A stretch of DNA of 54,121 nucleotides from Candidatus Blautia gallistercoris (GCA_019114705.1 DXEX01000189.1:1-54121), one strand, 5' to 3'. Positions 11,515 to 21,112 are shown, counted from the stretch's first letter. The notes: generated by a model from the letters alone, not told the origin. Program-made: numbers and translations.

Positions 11515-12669
11515 ATGAAATTAAAAAAAACAGTGACGGGTCTGCTGGCAGGAATGGTCCTGCTCCTGGCGGCAGGGTGTACAAGTGAAAGTCAGGCCGT
11601 TTATGAGCAGGCCAGTACTGATCTGGAAAACGGGCTGTACGAAGAAGCGGCATCAGGGTATCAGCAGGTCATTGACCAGGGAGAATATCTGGCAGAAGCG
11701 TACCGGGGACTGGGAATTGCCTATTATAAAATGGGAGAGTATCTGGATGCTTCCAATGCCTTTGCGTCAGCTCTGGATCAGGAAGGGATCAGCAGCGGCC
11801 TTCAGCGGGATGTACTTCTTTACCAGGCTGCTTCCTGTTACCGGGAAGGTATGTACGAGGTGGCAGCCCAGTCCTGTCAGCAGGCTATAGATCTGGAATC
11901 AGATGTGGACAGTCTGTTTCTGATGGGAAAAATCCAGCTGGAGCAGGATAATTATGAAGAGGCAGCAGACTGTTTTGACCAGGCCTATGAGGCGGATTCC
12001 TCTTATGAAATGGCAATTCAGATCTATCAGGCGTATGCGGACCGTTCCATGGAAGCGGACGGCACGGAGTATCTGAGCCGGGCGCTGGAAAAGAATGCCG
12101 GCAGTGCAGAGGACTACTATGAAAGAGGAATGGTCTATTATGTCATGAAGGACTATGAAAGTGCTGCTGAGTCTCTGACAGAAGCCATTGACAAAAACAG
12201 CAGAGAGGCAAAGCTGTTGTTGGGTGATGTATATCTGGCGCAGAATGACGTGGACAATGCACGGACCATGTATCAGGAATACATTGATGGAGAAGAAGGC
12301 ACGGCCAAAGGATATAACGGCCTGGCCTTATGTGATATTGAGGAGGGAGATTATGTTTCTGCCCTTGACAATATCCAGAAGGGACTGCGGGCAGCTGAGG
12401 ATGATGAAATGCAGGGGCTTCTGTTCAATGAGGCGATCATCTATGAAAAGCAGATGAATTTTCAGGAGGCTCTTTCCAAATTTGAAACTTATCTGGATCT
12501 GTATCCCGATGACGAGGACGCGCAGCGGGAATATACATTCCTGCAGTTCCGGACAGGGACAGGAACCAGCCAGACCTCTCAGGATGAAAACGGAACGGAG
12601 CAGTCAGAAACCTCTGACGGGATAAATTCGTCAGGAACAGAGAATGGATCGGAGAATGAAAACGGATGA
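11515..12669 (+). CDS. Tetratricopeptide-repeat lipoprotein with acidic low-complexity C-terminus
   Basis: MKLKK plus hydrophobic stretch and LAAGC lipobox; repeated TPR-like units; AGGAG before ATG 11515. Confidence 0.85.
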   Translation: MKLKKTVTGLLAGMVLLLAAGCTSESQAVYEQASTDLENGLYEEAASGYQQVIDQGEYLAEAYRGLGIAYYKMGEYLDASNAFASALDQEGISSGLQRDVLLYQAASCYREGMYEVAAQSCQQAIDLESDVDSLFLMGKIQLEQDNYEEAADCFDQAYEADSSYEMAIQIYQAYADRSMEADGTEYLSRALEKNAGSAEDYYERGMVYYVMKDYESAAESLTEAIDKNSREAKLLLGDVYLAQNDVDNARTMYQEYIDGEEGTAKGYNGLALCDIEEGDYVSALDNIQKGLRAAEDDEMQGLLFNEAIIYEKQMNFQEALSKFETYLDLYPDDEDAQREYTFLQFRTGTGTSQTSQDENGTEQSETSDGINSSGTENGSENENG

Positions 12670-13907
12670 TGTATGAAAATGAGCAGGTGACCGAGCGGGT
12701 GATCCTGATAGGCATCCAGACCTCTGAGGGCGAGGATGCCTGGGAATCTCTGGAGGAACTGGAAGAACTGGCTCAGACAGCAGGAGCAGTGACCCTGGCA
12801 AAGGTGATCCAGAACCGGGAACAGATCCACCCCGGCAACTATGTGGGAACCGGCAAGGCGGAAGAAATACGGCAGATGGTGCAGAGTCTGGAAGCGACAG
12901 GAGTGATCTGTGACGATGAGCTGTCCCCTGTGCAGATGAATCATCTGGAACAGGAACTGGACTGTAAGGTGATGGACCGTACCCTTTTGATTCTGGATAT
13001 TTTTGCCGGGCGGGCGGCCACCAGTGAAGGAAAGCTGCAAGTGGAGCTGGCGCAGCTCCGGTACCGGGCTTCAAGACTGGTAGGGCTTCGCAATTCGCTT
13101 TCCCGTCTGGGCGGAGGGATTGGAACCAGAGGTCCCGGAGAAAAGAAGCTGGAAATGGATCGGCGTCTGATCAGGGCCCGGATCACGCAGCTGAAGCAGG
13201 AATTGCGGCAGGTAGAGCGGCACAGAGAGCTGCTGCGCTCCGGAAAGGGACGGACGGGGCGTAAGGTGGCTGCCATTGTGGGTTATACCAATGCGGGCAA
13301 ATCCACTCTTTTAAATGTGCTGACCGGCGCCGGTGTACTGGAAGAAGATAAACTGTTTGCCACACTGGATCCTACGACCAGGCTTCTGGAACTGGCGGAA
13401 GGCCAGGAGATCCTGCTTACAGATACAGTGGGATTCATCCGGAAGCTGCCGCACCATCTGGTGGAGGCTTTTAAGAGTACGCTGGAAGAAGCGAAATATG
13501 CGGATATTATTCTGCATGTGGTGGATGTATCCAATCCTCAGTTTGAGACCCAGATGCATGTGGTGTACGATACTCTGCAGCAGCTGGGGGTAAAAGACAA
13601 GAAGATCGTAACCCTTTTCAACAAGCAGGATAAGCTGGAAGAAGAAGTGCATATCCGGGATCTGAAGGCCGATTACTGTCTGAAGATCTCTGCCAGGACC
13701 GGAGAAGGACTGGACGATCTGAAGAAAGTTCTGGAAGAGATTCTGGAAGAAGACCAGATTTATTTTGAACGGGTATATCCCTATGAGAAAGCAGGGCTGA
13801 TTCAGCTGATCCGCAGAGGCGGTCAGCTGATTTCGGAAGAATATACGCCGGAGGGGATTGCCGTAAAGGCACGGGTACCCATGGAGCTGTATGGAAAAGT
13901 AACGTAA
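12666..13907 (+). CDS. hflX: Ribosome-splitting GTPase HflX
   Basis: GGGIGTRGPGE, GYTNAGKST, LFATLDPT, DTVG, NKQD. Confidence 0.97.
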   Translation: MMYENEQVTERVILIGIQTSEGEDAWESLEELEELAQTAGAVTLAKVIQNREQIHPGNYVGTGKAEEIRQMVQSLEATGVICDDELSPVQMNHLEQELDCKVMDRTLLILDIFAGRAATSEGKLQVELAQLRYRASRLVGLRNSLSRLGGGIGTRGPGEKKLEMDRRLIRARITQLKQELRQVERHRELLRSGKGRTGRKVAAIVGYTNAGKSTLLNVLTGAGVLEEDKLFATLDPTTRLLELAEGQEILLTDTVGFIRKLPHHLVEAFKSTLEEAKYADIILHVVDVSNPQFETQMHVVYDTLQQLGVKDKKIVTLFNKQDKLEEEVHIRDLKADYCLKISARTGEGLDDLKKVLEEILEEDQIYFERVYPYEKAGLIQLIRRGGQLISEEYTPEGIAVKARVPMELYGKVT

Positions 13908-13977
13908 ATGCAGGCGGTATGGCCCAGTGGATGTTTTAAAAGAGAGCAGGATGGATATTCGGTGTCCTTTTTATGAA

Positions 13978-14023
13978 ACACCATATATTGTGTTTTGAAA
14001 ATACAGAACACAATATATGGTGT
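13978..14023. promoter_or_regulatory. Tandem NrdR boxes
   Basis: ACACCATATATTGTGT (13978-13993) and ACACAATATATGGTGT (14008-14023) match the NrdR consensus acaCwAtATaTwGtgt, just upstream of the nrdD promoter. Confidence 0.92.
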
Positions 14024-14030
14024 TTTTCTG

Positions 14031-14059
14031 TTGACTATTTCTGTGCCCTTTGCTACAAT
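14031..14059 (+). promoter_or_regulatory. sigmaA-type promoter of nrdD
   Basis: TTGACT-N17-TACAAT with extended TG. Confidence 0.75.
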
Positions 14060-14158
14060 AGCCATACACGACAAATGTGCTGCCCGTTTTCGGACAGAAA
14101 GAGAAGCGACAGACTTAGTTTTACCGGGATCAAACGGGGGAAGGAAGTAACGGAGATT

Positions 14159-16543
14159 ATGTTTCAGGTAGTTAAACGCGATGGAGAGATCACAGATTTT
14201 CAACTGGATAAGATCACAGGAGCCATTGGCAAGGCATTTGAGGCCAAATCCAAGCAGTACAGCCCGGACATGCTCAGCCTGCTGGGACTGCGGGTGACCG
14301 CGGATTTTCAGGAGAAGATCCATGATCAGAAGATTGAGGTGGAGGACATTCAGGACAGTGTGGAGAATGTGCTGATCCAGGCAGGATACGCAGATGTGGC
14401 AAAAGCATACATCCTGTACCGGAAGCAGCGGGAAAAGGTCCGCAACATGAAATCCACCATTCTGGATTATAAAGAAATTGTAAACAGTTATGTGAAGATT
14501 GAGGACTGGCGTGTGAAAGAGAATTCCACGGTGACTTATTCCGTGGGCGGTCTGATTCTGAGCAATTCCGGGGCAGTAACGGCCAATTACTGGCTGTCTG
14601 AGGTCTATGATCCGGAGATTGCCGATGCCCACAGGAATGCAGATCTGCATCTGCATGACCTGTCCATGCTCACCGGATACTGCGCCGGATGGTCTTTAAA
14701 GCAGCTGATACGGGAAGGGCTGGGAGGCATTGAAGGAAAGATTACATCCTCACCGGCCAAACATCTGAGTGTGCTGTGTAATCAGATGGTGAATTTCCTG
14801 GGAATCATGCAGAACGAATGGGCAGGAGCCCAGGCCTTTTCTTCTTTTGACACGTATCTGGCTCCTTTTGTAAAAGCAGACAGCCTCAGTTATGAAGAAG
14901 TAAAAAAATGTATCGAATCTTTCATCTATGGAGTGAATACTCCCAGCCGCTGGGGAACCCAGGCACCATTTTCCAATATCACACTGGACTGGACGGTGCC
15001 GGACGACCTGGCAGAGCTGCCGGCCATTGTGGGCGGCAGGGAGATGGACTTTAAGTATAAAGACTGCAAGAAAGAAATGGATATGGTGAATAAGGCCTTT
15101 ATCGAGATCATGATCGAAGGCGACGCCAATGGACGGGGATTCCAGTATCCCATTCCCACCTACTCCATTACTTCTGATTTTGACTGGTCAGACACGGAGA
15201 ACAACCGGCTTCTGTTCGAAATGACTGCCAAATACGGCACCCCGTATTTTTCCAACTATGTGAACAGCGATATGGAGCCCAGTGATGTGCGCAGCATGTG
15301 CTGCCGTCTGCGCCTGGATCTCCGGGAACTGCGCAAAAAATCCGGCGGATTCTTCGGCTCCGGTGAAAGCACAGGCTCCATTGGCGTGGTAACCATCAAT
15401 ATGCCGCGGATTGCTTATCTGTCCAGGACGCCGGAAGAATTTTATGCGAGACTGGATCATATGATGGATATTGCGGCCCGCTCCCTTCATGTGAAGCGGG
15501 AAGTGATCACAAAGCTTCTGGACGGAGGGCTGTATCCTTATACCAAGCGTTATCTGGGCAGCTTTGAAAATCATTTTTCTACCATTGGTCTGGTGGGAAT
15601 GAATGAAGTGGGGCTCAATGCCAGATGGCTGGGCAGAGATATGACGGACAGAAAGACCCAGGAGTTCACCATTGATGTGCTGAATCATATGCGGGAACGT
15701 CTGTCAGATTACCAGGAACAGTACGGCGACCTGTACAATCTGGAAGCTACTCCGGCAGAATCTACTGCTTACCGGCTGGCAAAGCACGACCGGAAACGCT
15801 GGCCCGATATCAAAACTGCAGGAAAAGAGGGAGATACCCCCTATTATACCAACAGCTCTCATCTTCCGGTGGATTACACCTCCGATATTTTCGATGCGCT
15901 GGATATCCAGGATGAGATGCAGACCCTGTATACTTCGGGAACTGTATTCCATGCGTTTCTCGGGGAGAAGCTGCCGGACTGGAAGTCGGCTGCGGCCCTG
16001 GTGCGCACTATTGCTTCCAATTATAAGCTGCCGTATTACACCATTTCTCCAACCTATTCGGTATGCCCGGAGCATGGGTATCTGTCCGGCGAGCATTTTA
16101 GCTGTCCCAAATGCGGCAGGAAGGCAGAGGTATACAGCCGGATCACCGGATATTACCGGCCGGTGCAGAACTGGAATGACGGAAAGGCCCAGGAATACAA
16201 GAACAGGAATCTGTATGATATACTCCACTCCGACTGGGATAAGGCCAAAAGCCACGCAAGCCTGGTAAAAATCTCCGGAGAGGATGTAGAAATTCAGCCA
16301 GTGCAGAAGAAAGAGGCGCTCCTGTTTACCACCAGCACCTGTCCCAACTGCAGGATTGCCAAAGAGATGCTTAATGAATCCGGCGCCATTTACGAAGTGA
16401 TCGATGCCGATGCGCATCCGGATATGGTGCAGAAATACGGAATCCGTCAGGCACCTACGCTGATCGTCAATGATGGAGAGCACATGAAAAAATATGTAAA
16501 TGCTTCGAATATCCAGAAATATGTGGAGCAGTATTCGATATAA
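14159..16543 (+). CDS. nrdD: Class III (anaerobic) ribonucleoside-triphosphate reductase with N-terminal ATP-cone and C-terminal glutaredoxin/NrdH-like domain
   Basis: VVKRDG ATP-cone, HLHDL..GYC, SMCCRL, LEATPAES, zinc site CPEH..CPKC, glycyl-radical RITGYYRPV, then TCPNC..QAPTL redoxin fold. The longer ORF from 13973 runs through the NrdR boxes, so the start is placed at 14159. Confidence 0.95.
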   Translation: MFQVVKRDGEITDFQLDKITGAIGKAFEAKSKQYSPDMLSLLGLRVTADFQEKIHDQKIEVEDIQDSVENVLIQAGYADVAKAYILYRKQREKVRNMKSTILDYKEIVNSYVKIEDWRVKENSTVTYSVGGLILSNSGAVTANYWLSEVYDPEIADAHRNADLHLHDLSMLTGYCAGWSLKQLIREGLGGIEGKITSSPAKHLSVLCNQMVNFLGIMQNEWAGAQAFSSFDTYLAPFVKADSLSYEEVKKCIESFIYGVNTPSRWGTQAPFSNITLDWTVPDDLAELPAIVGGREMDFKYKDCKKEMDMVNKAFIEIMIEGDANGRGFQYPIPTYSITSDFDWSDTENNRLLFEMTAKYGTPYFSNYVNSDMEPSDVRSMCCRLRLDLRELRKKSGGFFGSGESTGSIGVVTINMPRIAYLSRTPEEFYARLDHMMDIAARSLHVKREVITKLLDGGLYPYTKRYLGSFENHFSTIGLVGMNEVGLNARWLGRDMTDRKTQEFTIDVLNHMRERLSDYQEQYGDLYNLEATPAESTAYRLAKHDRKRWPDIKTAGKEGDTPYYTNSSHLPVDYTSDIFDALDIQDEMQTLYTSGTVFHAFLGEKLPDWKSAAALVRTIASNYKLPYYTISPTYSVCPEHGYLSGEHFSCPKCGRKAEVYSRITGYYRPVQNWNDGKAQEYKNRNLYDILHSDWDKAKSHASLVKISGEDVEIQPVQKKEALLFTTSTCPNCRIAKEMLNESGAIYEVIDADAHPDMVQKYGIRQAPTLIVNDGEHMKKYVNASNIQKYVEQYSI

Positions 16544-16559
16544 ATAAAGATGGTTTTGC

Positions 16560-16602
16560 AAACCGCCGTGGGATTTTATCTTGGTCTGTCTCACGGCGGT
16601 TT
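16560..16602 (+). terminator. Probable terminator after nrdD
   Basis: AAACCGCCGTG..CACGGCGGTTT inverted repeat. Confidence 0.7.
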
Positions 16603-16647
16603 CATTGCTTTCCGGAACGGTAAATATTTTGTTTAAAAAAAATCCAG

Positions 16648-16675
16648 TTGACTTTCCCGGATTCTGTGATATACT
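16648..16675 (+). promoter_or_regulatory. sigmaA-type promoter of the symporter gene
   Basis: TTGACT-N16-TATACT with extended TG. Confidence 0.6.
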
Positions 16676-16750
16676 GGTAGTTAATTTAGCGGTTAAAAGC
16701 GCAACGCTTTAAAGTGCAAAAGCAACATCTTTGAAAGAGAGGGAAAGAGA

Positions 16751-18289
16751 ATGATTGTGAAACTGGTAATGTTGCTCGTGTTTTTTGCTGTCATGATCGG
16801 AGTGGGCATTTATGCGAGAAAGCATGCGGGAAATGTGACAGATTTTGTGTTAGGGGGACGTTCTGTGGGACCGTGGCTGACTGCCTTTGCCTATGGAACT
16901 TCCTATTTTTCCGCTGTGGTATTTGTGGGGTATGCCGGACAGTTTGGATGGAAATACGGGCTGGCTTCTACCTGGATCGGACTGGGCAATGCCATTCTGG
17001 GAAGCCTGCTGGCCTGGGTGGTGCTGGGCAGAAGGACACGGATTATGACCCACCATCTGTCTGCGGCTACTATGCCGGATTTTTTTGGGAAGCGCTTTGA
17101 CAGTAATGCTCTGCGGATTGCTGCTTCAGCTATTGTATTTGTTTTTCTGATCCCGTATACGGCTTCCTTGTATAACGGTCTATCCAGACTGTTCGGCATG
17201 GCTTTTGATGTGCCTTATGCTGTGTGCGTAGTGCTGATGGCTACTCTGACGGGAATTTATGTGATCCTGGGAGGCTATATGGCCACGGCTATCAATGATT
17301 TTATCCAGGGTATCATTATGCTGGGCGGTATTGCAGCGGTGGTGCTGGCGGTCCTGAACGGCCAGGGTGGCTTCATGCAGGCGGTGCGTTCTCTGTCAGA
17401 GATTCCCAGCGACAATCCTTTGACTATGGGACAGCCGGGTGCTTTCGCTTCGTTCTTCGGCCCGGATCCTCTGAACCTGTTGGGCGTGGTGATCCTCACT
17501 TCTCTGGGAACCTGGGGACTTCCACAGATGGTGCATAAATTTTATACTATTAAGAATGAAAAGGCAGTGAAGACTGGAACAATCATTTCCACATTTTTCG
17601 CAGTGATCATATCCGGTGGATGTTATTTTCTGGGAGGCTTTGGAAGATTGTTTGATAATCCGGCTATTTATGCCCAGGATGGGTCTATTATTTATGATGC
17701 CATTATACCGGAAATGCTTTCTACGCTTCCGGATGTGCTGATCGGTATTGTAGTGATTCTGGTATTGTCCGCTTCCATGTCCACTTTGTCTTCGCTGGTG
17801 CTGACTTCCAGTTCCACACTGACTCTTGATTTTATCAAGGGAAATCTGCTGAAAGACCTGAGCGATAAGAAGCAGCTGCTGCTCATGCGGGTGCTGATTG
17901 TATTTTTTATTGCAGTTTCTGTGGTTCTGGCACTGGATCCGCCTACTTTTATTGCGCAGCTCATGGGAATTTCCTGGGGAGCTTTGGCGGGAGCCTTCCT
18001 GGCGCCGTTCCTTTACGGCCTTTTCTGGAAGAGGGTGACAAGAGCGGCTGTGTGGGCCAGTTTCATTGCAGGAGTGGGGATTACGGTCCTTAATATGTTT
18101 TTCCATTTTATTGAGTCGTCCATCAATGCGGGCGCTGCTGCCATGGTGGCAGGTCTGGTCATAGTGCCTGTGGTCAGTGTGCTGACGCCGAAGATGGAGA
18201 AGAAGAGAGTAGAAGAGATCTTCAGCTGTTACGATGAGCCGGTATCGGTGAAACGGAAAATTGCCCTTCCGGAAAAAGAAGAGGCATAG
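16751..18289 (+). CDS. Sodium:solute symporter (SSS, PutP/PanF-like)
   Basis: About 13 hydrophobic segments; DFVLGGR, GTWGLPQ, LSASMSTLSS signature. Confidence 0.9.
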   Translation: MIVKLVMLLVFFAVMIGVGIYARKHAGNVTDFVLGGRSVGPWLTAFAYGTSYFSAVVFVGYAGQFGWKYGLASTWIGLGNAILGSLLAWVVLGRRTRIMTHHLSAATMPDFFGKRFDSNALRIAASAIVFVFLIPYTASLYNGLSRLFGMAFDVPYAVCVVLMATLTGIYVILGGYMATAINDFIQGIIMLGGIAAVVLAVLNGQGGFMQAVRSLSEIPSDNPLTMGQPGAFASFFGPDPLNLLGVVILTSLGTWGLPQMVHKFYTIKNEKAVKTGTIISTFFAVIISGGCYFLGGFGRLFDNPAIYAQDGSIIYDAIIPEMLSTLPDVLIGIVVILVLSASMSTLSSLVLTSSSTLTLDFIKGNLLKDLSDKKQLLLMRVLIVFFIAVSVVLALDPPTFIAQLMGISWGALAGAFLAPFLYGLFWKRVTRAAVWASFIAGVGITVLNMFFHFIESSINAGAAAMVAGLVIVPVVSVLTPKMEKKRVEEIFSCYDEPVSVKRKIALPEKEEA

Positions 18290-18292
18290 TAA

Positions 18293-18325
18293 AAAACTGC
18301 CTGGGATCAGATCCCAAGCAGTTTT
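18293..18325. terminator. Bidirectional terminator between symporter and amidohydrolase
   Basis: AAAACTGCCTGGGAT-CAG-ATCCCAAGCAGTTTT; overlaps the amidohydrolase stop codon. Confidence 0.7.
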
Positions 18326-19119
18326 CTGGCATTTCCGGAGAAAATCTGTTCTTTTTCAAGGTCGGTCAGAGAGCCCAGGCTGCGGAATACTTCCACATCT
18401 TCTTTCTGGGACGTCCAGGGGCTGTCGGATCCAAACAGAACTTTGTCAGTGCCGTGAGCACGGATCATGCGGACCAGCTGCTTGCGGTCCATATGAAGGA
18501 GAGAATAAGCCATATCCAGATAGACCGGCTGTCCCATGAGCATAGCTTCGGATTCATCGTAATTGTTGTTGCTTCCCATATGTGCCAGGACCAGATGGTA
18601 GGGAGAAACTTCTTTTATTACATCCAGGATCATCTGGGGGGTACAGTGGACTTTATCCGGGGAATAGGGATCGTAGCCGCAATGGGTCAGGCAGCACAAT
18701 TCAAGTTCAGCGGCCCGGTACAGGATTCTTTTATAGCGGATATCATTAAAACAGGTGAGCTGATAATCCGGATGGATCTTAAAGCCTGCAAATCCGTGAT
18801 CTTTCAGAAGCTGAAGCTGTTCTTTGTAATCAGAGGAATCCGGATGAATGCCGCCGAAGGAAATCAGACGGGGACCGTCCTGACCGTAGTCGTATTCATT
18901 GACCAGGCAGGCAAAACGAAGGATAGAATCGAACTGATGGGGATCGGTGACCGTGGGCATGACCACGCTGACTGCAATGCCGGCTTCTCTCATGGATGCC
19001 AGCAGCCCCTCAATGGTGCCGTCTGTGGCCGGATCCAGATGAATCACGGAAGAAAGCTTGGGAAGCGCTTTCCTGGCTACTTTTTCCGGAAAAATGTGAG
19101 TGTGAAAATCAATAATCAT
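18307..19119 (-). CDS. Amidohydrolase-family (TIM-barrel) metal-dependent hydrolase
   Basis: IIDFHTH, KIHP, AHMG, LFGSDSPW. Confidence 0.88.
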   Translation of the reverse strand: MIIDFHTHIFPEKVARKALPKLSSVIHLDPATDGTIEGLLASMREAGIAVSVVMPTVTDPHQFDSILRFACLVNEYDYGQDGPRLISFGGIHPDSSDYKEQLQLLKDHGFAGFKIHPDYQLTCFNDIRYKRILYRAAELELCCLTHCGYDPYSPDKVHCTPQMILDVIKEVSPYHLVLAHMGSNNNYDESEAMLMGQPVYLDMAYSLLHMDRKQLVRMIRAHGTDKVLFGSDSPWTSQKEDVEVFRSLGSLTDLEKEQIFSGNARKLLGI

Positions 19120-19267
19120 GGTACTTCCTCTTTTCTGTAAGAATTTGGGTCAAGTGAAACTGTATTTATTATACAAGTATTTATTTTGGGTTTCAATAAG
19201 TAAGAAATAATGTTATAATAAAAAACGTTCAGTGCCGGGGTGTACTGATATATGGAGGGATAAAAAG

Positions 19268-20578
19268 ATGATTTGGGCAAAAGAAGAAACCTATTCGAGA
19301 GAAGAAATTGAATGCATTCAATTAAGAAAACTGAAAGAAACGGTTGCGTACATTTATGAAAGAGTACCTGCCTATCGGGAAAAAATGGATGCGGAAGGGG
19401 TCAAGCCGGCAGATATCCAGAAGCTCAGTGACCTGCAGAAGCTGCCCTTTACCAGAAAATCGGATTTCCGGGATAATTATCCCATGGGGCTGTTCGCGGT
19501 TCCCAAAAAAGAACTGGTTCGTTTCCATGCATCCAGCGGCACTACGGGCAAACCGACGGTGGTAGGTTATACCCGGAACGATATGGAGATATGGACCAAC
19601 AACGTGTCACGTATCGCCTGCATGGGAGGCGCTTCGCCGGATGATATCGCGCAGATCGCTTTTGGATACGGTACATTTACCGGAGCACTGGGTCTGCATA
19701 TGGGACTGGAAAACATTGGTGTTTCTGTGCTTCCCACATCATCAGGAAATACAAAGAAACAGATTATGTTCATGAGAGACCTGGGAACTACTCTTCTGGT
19801 AGCGACACCGTCTTATGCACTTCATATTGGTGAAGTGGTGCGCTCCATGGGTCTGGATCCGGAGGAGGATCTGCAGCTTCGTATCGGTCTGTTTGGCGGA
19901 GAGGGAATGACAGAACCCATGCGGGATGAAATGCACCGCATCTGGGGCAAAAAGTTTTTCTGCACACAGAACTACGGTATGAGCGAGCTGTGCGGACCAG
20001 GCGTGTCCGGAGAGTGTCAGGAGTTAAACGGCATGCATGTGAATGAAGACTGGTTTATTCCGGAGATCATCGATCCGAAGACCGGGGAAGTTCTGCCGCC
20101 GGGAAGCCGGGGAGAGCTGGTGGTCACCTGTCTGGGAAAAGAAGCGCTGCCGCTGGTTCGTTACCGTACCGGAGATATCTCCCGTCTGATGTATGAGCCC
20201 TGTGCCTGCGGAAGAACTACTGTGCGTATGGAAAATCTGTCCGGCCGTTCCGATGACATGCTGGTGATCCGCGGTGTGAATGTATTTCCTACTCAGATTG
20301 AAGAGGTTCTGCTGCAGATTGCAGAGATCGGCCCCCATTATGAAATTCTGGTGGAAAGAAAGAACCGTCTGGATGTGATGACTATTACCGTAGAGCTCAT
20401 TGACGACCGTCTGCTGGATTCCTATAAGAAGCTGGGAGAACTGGAAGCCCGTATCCGCAGGAATTTGAAGGCCATGCTGGGACTGGATGCAGTGATACGG
20501 ATCGTTGCGCCCATGAGTCTCCAGAGATTTGAAGGCAAGGCCAGACGTGTGACGGACCTGCGCGGAGACGGTTTATAA
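19268..20578 (+). CDS. paaK: Phenylacetate-CoA ligase family protein
   Basis: HASSGTTGKP P-loop, YGMSE, RYRTGD, GRSDDMLVIRGVNVFP, GKARRV. Confidence 0.9.
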   Translation: MIWAKEETYSREEIECIQLRKLKETVAYIYERVPAYREKMDAEGVKPADIQKLSDLQKLPFTRKSDFRDNYPMGLFAVPKKELVRFHASSGTTGKPTVVGYTRNDMEIWTNNVSRIACMGGASPDDIAQIAFGYGTFTGALGLHMGLENIGVSVLPTSSGNTKKQIMFMRDLGTTLLVATPSYALHIGEVVRSMGLDPEEDLQLRIGLFGGEGMTEPMRDEMHRIWGKKFFCTQNYGMSELCGPGVSGECQELNGMHVNEDWFIPEIIDPKTGEVLPPGSRGELVVTCLGKEALPLVRYRTGDISRLMYEPCACGRTTVRMENLSGRSDDMLVIRGVNVFPTQIEEVLLQIAEIGPHYEILVERKNRLDVMTITVELIDDRLLDSYKKLGELEARIRRNLKAMLGLDAVIRIVAPMSLQRFEGKARRVTDLRGDGL

Positions 20579-20596
20579 AATAAAGACGGCAGAATA

Positions 20597-20677
20597 TACA
20601 GAAACCATGTACGTTGAGGAGGAAATCCCACAAGGGGATACCAGTATGTACAGAAACCATGTACGTTGAGGAGGAAA
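20597..20677 (+). repeat. Exact 29-bp direct repeat (two copies, 52-bp period) containing the RBS of the ACT gene
   Basis: TACAGAAACCATGTACGTTGAGGAGGAAA at 20597-20625 and 20649-20677. Confidence 0.95.
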
Positions 20678-20681
20678 GTGA

Positions 20682-21110
20682 ATGTTAAAGCAGTTAGCAG
20701 TTTTTGTTGAAAATCAACCGGGAAGTTTGAGAAAAGTGACCACTATGATACGGGAGACGCAGGTGAACATCTATGCCTTTGTATCTTTTGACAATCCGGA
20801 ATTCAGCATCTTCCGAATGGTTGTGGACCGTCCGGAGGAAGTAAAAGCCGCCATTACTGCAAAAGGGTGTGTGGCGAAAGTATGCGATGTGATCGCCATA
20901 GAACTGGAAGACCATGCCGGCGGTCTGGATCGGGTGCTGGAGGCTGTATCGGAGAGCAATATCAGTATCAATTATACGTATTCGTCCTTCCGCAGAGGGG
21001 ATGACAAGCCGGTGGTGATCATCCATTCGGAAGAAATCTATGAGACAGAAGACATTCTTCGCCGGAAAGGGTTCCGCCTTCTGAACAGTGTGGAGGAAAT
21101 GGCACAGTAA
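20682..21110 (+). CDS. Tandem ACT-domain protein
   Basis: QLAVFVENQPGSL and EDHAGGL ACT starts; common partner of paaK-like genes. Confidence 0.88.
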   Translation: MLKQLAVFVENQPGSLRKVTTMIRETQVNIYAFVSFDNPEFSIFRMVVDRPEEVKAAITAKGCVAKVCDVIAIELEDHAGGLDRVLEAVSESNISINYTYSSFRRGDDKPVVIIHSEEIYETEDILRRKGFRLLNSVEEMAQ

Positions 21111-21112
21111 GC

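Noticed and set aside
13973-14158. 62-aa Cys-rich N-terminal extension of NrdD in the ORF track
   Set aside because: It covers the NrdR boxes and promoter; the ATP-cone begins at ATG 14159 behind an RBS.
20607-20669. 20-codon ORF MYVEEEIPQGDTSMYRNHVR as a leader peptide
   Set aside because: No RBS upstream, no run of regulatory codons; it arises from the duplication.
20597-20677. 29-bp direct repeat as a mini CRISPR array
   Set aside because: Only two copies, a 23-bp spacer, the repeat contains an RBS, and no cas genes are in the window.
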